NCBI RefSeq assembly: GCF_009914755.1
Contig: NC_060947.1
Source: the human T2T-CHM13v2.0 reference genome, Homo sapiens
DNA: 64,000 nucleotides
Reading direction: 5' to 3' (one strand)
Below, in pieces: positions 57,020 to 64,000 of this stretch. A model generated the notes under the pieces. That model was not told the DNA's origin. It worked only from the letters and a program-made list of their open reading frames with translations, and did no database searches. Numbering within the stretch: position 1 is the first letter of the stretch; each line of letters starts with the position of its first letter. The position numbers were made by a program, and so were the translations under genes.

Positions 57020-58786
57020 GAGCAATTATCTTCATTTCTTTCCATATTCTGCATTCTAGTTCTGTGATTTCAGCCATCTTAGCCTGGTTAAGAACCCTTG
57101 TTGAAGAACTAGTACTGTCATTTGGAGGAAAGAAGACACTCTGGCTTTTCAAGCTGTCATAGTTCTTGCACTCATTTTTATCAGCTGATGTTTCTTCAAT
57201 CTTTGAAGTCACTGTCCTTTGGATGTTTTTAAATTTTATTCTATTTGAGGACCTTGGGGTTTGATTGTGGCAAAAGGTGGGTTCAGTTGACTGGGTTCAT
57301 TTCTGGAAGATTTTAGGAGGCCAAGCCTCAGCTCAGGACTCCGGAACTCCATGTGCTAACTCTGGATGACTGCTATCAAGCCTCTGCTTTGTTCTTTGGC
57401 TCCTTGAAATTATGAACCTGCTGTGCTAGAAGGGCCGAGGTGCTCACAGACCGCTGGTCACTACACTCTAATGAGTGGTAACAGCTAAAGTGTTTCATAG
57501 GGTGATGGTAGTGGGATTCATCTTTGTTTGCATGTGTCAGCAGTGGTGGCAGTGGCAGCACAGCGGGGTGCATGCTTGTTTGCTGCAGCAGGGTGCTAGG
57601 AGGTGCCAGCATGCCTGCCTCCATGCAGGCATTCACAGTAGTGGCGGTGGAGGCTCAGGAGGGCAGAGGCCTGACTGGTGACTGTGTGTGTGGTCCTGCT
57701 AGTGGTGTTAGCATGGGGGTAGGGCACTGGTGGGTGCAGGACTGTGTCCACCCTCTGTGCATGTTTATGCAGGCTCAGGGCAGGGGAGGGTCTGCTAGTC
57801 TCTGTGCCTAGTTTCACTTGCAGGGGCGGAACTGCCTGGCTTTGTGCCTGCCAAGGCTCCAACTGCAATGGCGGTACAGCAGCGGTGGAGGGTAGAGAGT
57901 TGTAGTGAACTGCTGCTGGCAGCAGTGGCACAGCATGGTTCAGTGCATATATGTGCTGGCCAGGCAGGGAAGAAGGCAAGATTGGCCCCACGTACACATG
58001 TGCGGTCAAGGCAATGTGGGAAGTGGCCCTGGGCCCACAGGAAGCTGTATTGTGGGTATCGAGTGGGTGGGATGGTACGTGACCTCGGGGGCCACCCTGC
58101 TATAGCTCATCAGCAGTCAGGTGCAGTCCACCAGCTCAGAAGCTATGATGCAGACCCCCAGGGTACCAAGACTGCACTGCAAACCAATGTGGCCAGGCTG
58201 GGGCCCTAAGAGAGGCCAGAAGACCAAGGGGTGCACAGATCAGACTGGCCTGAGTGATGGACAAGACCACCCTGCAGAGTTCAGGCCCACTAGTTCCCCT
58301 AAGACTAAAGTCTACTATGACAGCAAGTCGAGTTAGGGGGATGGGCATCCCTGGCTCTGCTCCAATACAGATGTTCCTGCACCAAGCCCTCTGTGCTCCA
58401 CAACTGGCTGGCATGCTGCCCCTAACACTTCTCTAAACTTCTCTCCCTGCCAACTCAAGTGTCCATCATGGTCTGGGGGTCTTCTCCTGCCAGGATTCCA
58501 GAGGCCCATGGCAAGAGAGGGTTGCTCCTTGCCAGTTCAACTCACCCATTCCCCCATTGTTGTTAGGAGCCAGTAACAAGTCCCAGGCATGGTGGCCCCG
58601 TGCAGGGTCCCCAGCTTCCTCCAACTTCAGCCCAGCTTCTGTGTCTTCCCTCTGCCTACTCTCAGTGCCTTCCCTCTGCCCACTCTCAGTGCCTTCCCTC
58701 TGAAGATCTTCTAGGAGTGCACTAGTTGTCCCAGTTCCCTTGGTGGCAGCTGTTCCACCTGGCTGTGTCATCAGCCATCTTGCCCA
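57020..58786 (-). mobile_element. L1PB/L1MA-type 5'UTR and ORF1 start
   Basis: Minus strand starts GGCAAGATGGCTGA. ORF1-like PPNDSTSSSTRVLNQAKMAEITELECRIW. Confidence 0.7.
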
Positions 58787-59641
58787 AATAAATTTCTTCT
58801 GAAGTCTATTTAATCTGATACTATGTGATATGGCCTCTGCTGCTTCCATTTATGTTTTCATAATGCTTCTCTTTCCATCCTTTTTTTTTTACTTTCAACT
58901 TGTCTATTTCATTATAATTGAAGTGCAATTATTGTAGACAGCATATATTTTTTATCCACTCTGCTAATTTTTTTCATTTAATTGGTGTATTAAGATCATT
59001 TACATTTAAGATAATTATATATGTTAGAGCTTAATTCCCCATGTTATTGTTTTTGTTTGTTCAATCTGTCATTTCTGTTTTCTTGTCATGCCTTCCTGTG
59101 GGTTACTTTTTTACAATTTCATTTTGATTAATCTAAAGTGTTTTTGAGTGTATCTCCTTGTATAGGTCTTTCAGTGGTTTCTCTAGGCAGTATATTATAT
59201 GTGTGCCTATACATACTCTCTCTGTGTGTCCGTGTATCATCGTGTAGTGGTGTCAGCATTTTATAAGTTTGAATGAAGTCTACAAATCCTCCTTCCTTTT
59301 ACATCCCTTTTCCCTCCCCTATTTATAATATAATTATCTTAAACATTTCCTCTCTATACATTTAGAATCATATCAGATAGCGTTATAATTTTTGCTTCCA
59401 CTGTCATACATTTGAGACAATTCAAGAGGAGATGAAAAGTCTATTGTATTTATACATATTTCTATTCTTTCCATTCTTCTTTCTTCTTTTCTGATGTTCC
59501 AAGATTCCTTCTTTTATCATTGCCATTCTCTTTAGAGAACTTCCTTAAGTCTTCCTTTTAAGGTAGGTCTGCTGGTGACAAACACGTTTTATTTCATCTG
59601 AGAATATCATCATTTCTCCTTCATTCCTAAAGAATATTTTT

Positions 59642-59932
59642 GGGCCAGATGCAGTGGCTCACACCTGTAATACCAGTACTTTGGGAGCCCAAGGTGGGCA
59701 AATCACTTAAGCTCAGGAGTTCAAGACCAGCCTGGAGAATGTGGCAAAACCCCAACTCTGCAGAAAATACAAAAATTAGGTGGGCATGATTGGTGCATGC
59801 CTGTTGTCCCAGCTACTCAGGAGGCTGAGGCAGGAGGATCATTTGAGCCTGGGAGGTCAAGGCTGCAGTGAGCCATGATTGCACCAATGCACACCAGCCT
59901 GGGTGACAGAGCAAGGCCCAGTCTCAAAAAAA
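59642..59932 (+). mobile_element. AluJ/S
   Basis: GGGCCAGATGCAGTGGCTCAC...short A-tail. AAGA(A/C)TATTTT on both flanks. Confidence 0.9.
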
Positions 59933-60106
59933 GACTATTTTCACCATTTATAAGATTTCGCATTGATATATTTTTTTTGGCACTTAAAAATGTGCAACTT
60001 CCTTCTGGCTTCCATGATTTCTGATGAGAAATCCACTGTCATTTAAACTGTTTTTCCCCTATAAGTAAGGTGTAATTTCTCTCCTGCTGCTTTCAATAGT
60101 TTGTTA

Positions 60107-60421
<315 letters not shown>

Positions 60422-61938
60422 TCACAAATTTTGCTATGATGTATTTTCATGTAACTTTATTTGGGGTTTATCCTGTTTGATGTTCACTCAGCTTCTCGAA
60501 TCTATACGTATAAGCCTTTTGCCATACTGGAATATTATCAGCCATTATTTATTTGAGTGCTTTTTGAGGTTTTCCATCTTTCCTCTTTCCTTCCAAGTTT
60601 CCAATTATACAAGTGTTAGAACTTTCATTATTGTCCCACAGACCCCTGTGACTCTGTTTATTTATTTTTTTCGTCAGTTTTCTCCCAGACTGGGTACTTT
60701 CTATTTTTATATCTCAAGCTCATGTATTCTTTCCTCTTTCCCTTCCACTCTGCTGTTGAGCTGATCCATTTAGTTTTCTTCATTTCTATATTATTCATTT
60801 GAATAATTTTCATTTGGTTCTCCTTTATATCTTGAATTTCTTTGCTGAGACTTTTTTCATTTGTTTCAATCAGGTTTGCAATTGTTTCTTGAGGCATCGT
60901 AATGATGGCATCCATTGACTGCCTTTTTTCAGTTGTTAGTTTCCTTGTTCTTGGTCTGATGGCTGATTTTCAACTAAAACCTAAATATTTAGGTAATTTT
61001 GTGAAGAGACTCTGGATTGCATTTAGATCTGCTGTTTTAGCAGGCTTACTATAAAACTGTTTTGGCAGGGGATAATAAAGAAGGAGGAGTGCCTCCTCAT
61101 TATTGCCAGGTGGGAATGTAAGTCAAGGTTCTCCATTTAGTTTCCACTGACACTTGAGTTGGGGAGGTGCCCCATAGTACTACTGGGTAGAAGTGGGGAT
61201 TCAGGCCCCCCACTCAGTCTATGTTAATAACACCCTAGCTGCATTGGATAAAAGTGGCTCATTGCTTTTCCCCATGTGACCTCCAATGACAACACAGGGC
61301 ATGGACACATTAATGCTAGGTGAAAGTCCAGACTCTCCACTAGCCTTCCTCTGATCATATCCAAGTGGGGAGGGGAAGAGTTACCTTATTACCACTTAGT
61401 GGAAGTCCAGACTTTCCATATGGTCTCCACTGACACCTCAGGAACAGAAGTGTCTTTTAGGGATTTAAATTCCAACTCCCCACTTGGCTTTTTCTGACAC
61501 CACCCTGGCAGGGGGCCATTTGGGTATTTTGTGATAGCTTGATGAGGCCAGAAATCTAGACTCCTGACATGGCCTTTTCTGGCTAAGTAGAGCCATAGTG
61601 TTTTCTGTAGTATTTGACATAGAGCAGTTATTTTCTCAAGTTTTCTGTGTTACTAGGCTCTTTTCTGGTCCTTTGGCTAGAAAGAGATGGCTTCTATTTG
61701 TGGCTTTTTTTTCTGTTCCCGTGTTATGTATGGGTTGCCAGCTTCTTCAGCTCCAAGTCTGGGTTATATGAGGCAAAAAGAAAACCCATGAAACTCACAA
61801 TCGTGTTGTTCCTTAGGTCCTGTGGACCCTAGTCAATCTGCCTTCTACTCTGAATTTTTCATGATGGGTTAATATTTGTTTCATAATGTCCATGGGCTTT
61901 AGTTTTACTTAGTGGGGGGAGTAGGAAAAATATGTTGA

Positions 61939-62325
<387 letters not shown>

Positions 62326-62409
62326 TAAACTACCTTCGCTTCACTGAGAAGTTCCCATTTGAAATACTCAAAGCTAAAAAGAATAATTGGTGGCAATGAA
62401 AAATACCTA

Positions 62410-64000
<1,591 letters not shown>

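Noticed and set aside
57376-58849. Cluster of overlapping GC-rich ORFs on both strands
   Set aside because: They lie within an L1PB/MA-type 5'UTR. GC-richness explains the scarcity of stops, and no protein motif is recognisable.

Overview
Human (primate) genomic DNA from an L1-dense region, identifiable as the 3' end of the X-linked myotubularin-related phosphatase gene MTMR8 on the minus strand. The penultimate exon is at 14223-14349, the last coding exon at 11813-12319 and an AATAAA at 11373-11378. From ~14.6 kb to the window end there is only intron, almost entirely nested transposable elements. One old minus-strand L1M 3' end is spread over ~37 kb by three insertions: a full-length L1M (itself holding an L1MA, Alus, a split L1PA8-10-like element and a full-length L1PA5-like element), a class III (ERVL/HERV-S-like) provirus with a tRNA-Ser PBS (holding an MLT1A, an L1MB and a full-length L1PA2-like element), and a KPNA4 processed pseudogene. 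Further right lie a Tigger1 carrying a twin-primed L1, and a TSD-flanked L1 ORF2 fragment with no poly(A). The left edge is the 5' end of a very young L1HS-like element with an open ORF1. I find no evidence of a wholly new biological system. The best leads are the 12x hexapeptide coding minisatellite in the MTMR8 tail, a probable ancient 3' transduction, two atypical L1 insertion structures, the Ser-primed provirus and clustered templated-insertion scars. Gene and repeat-subfamily names come from recognition, not database searches.
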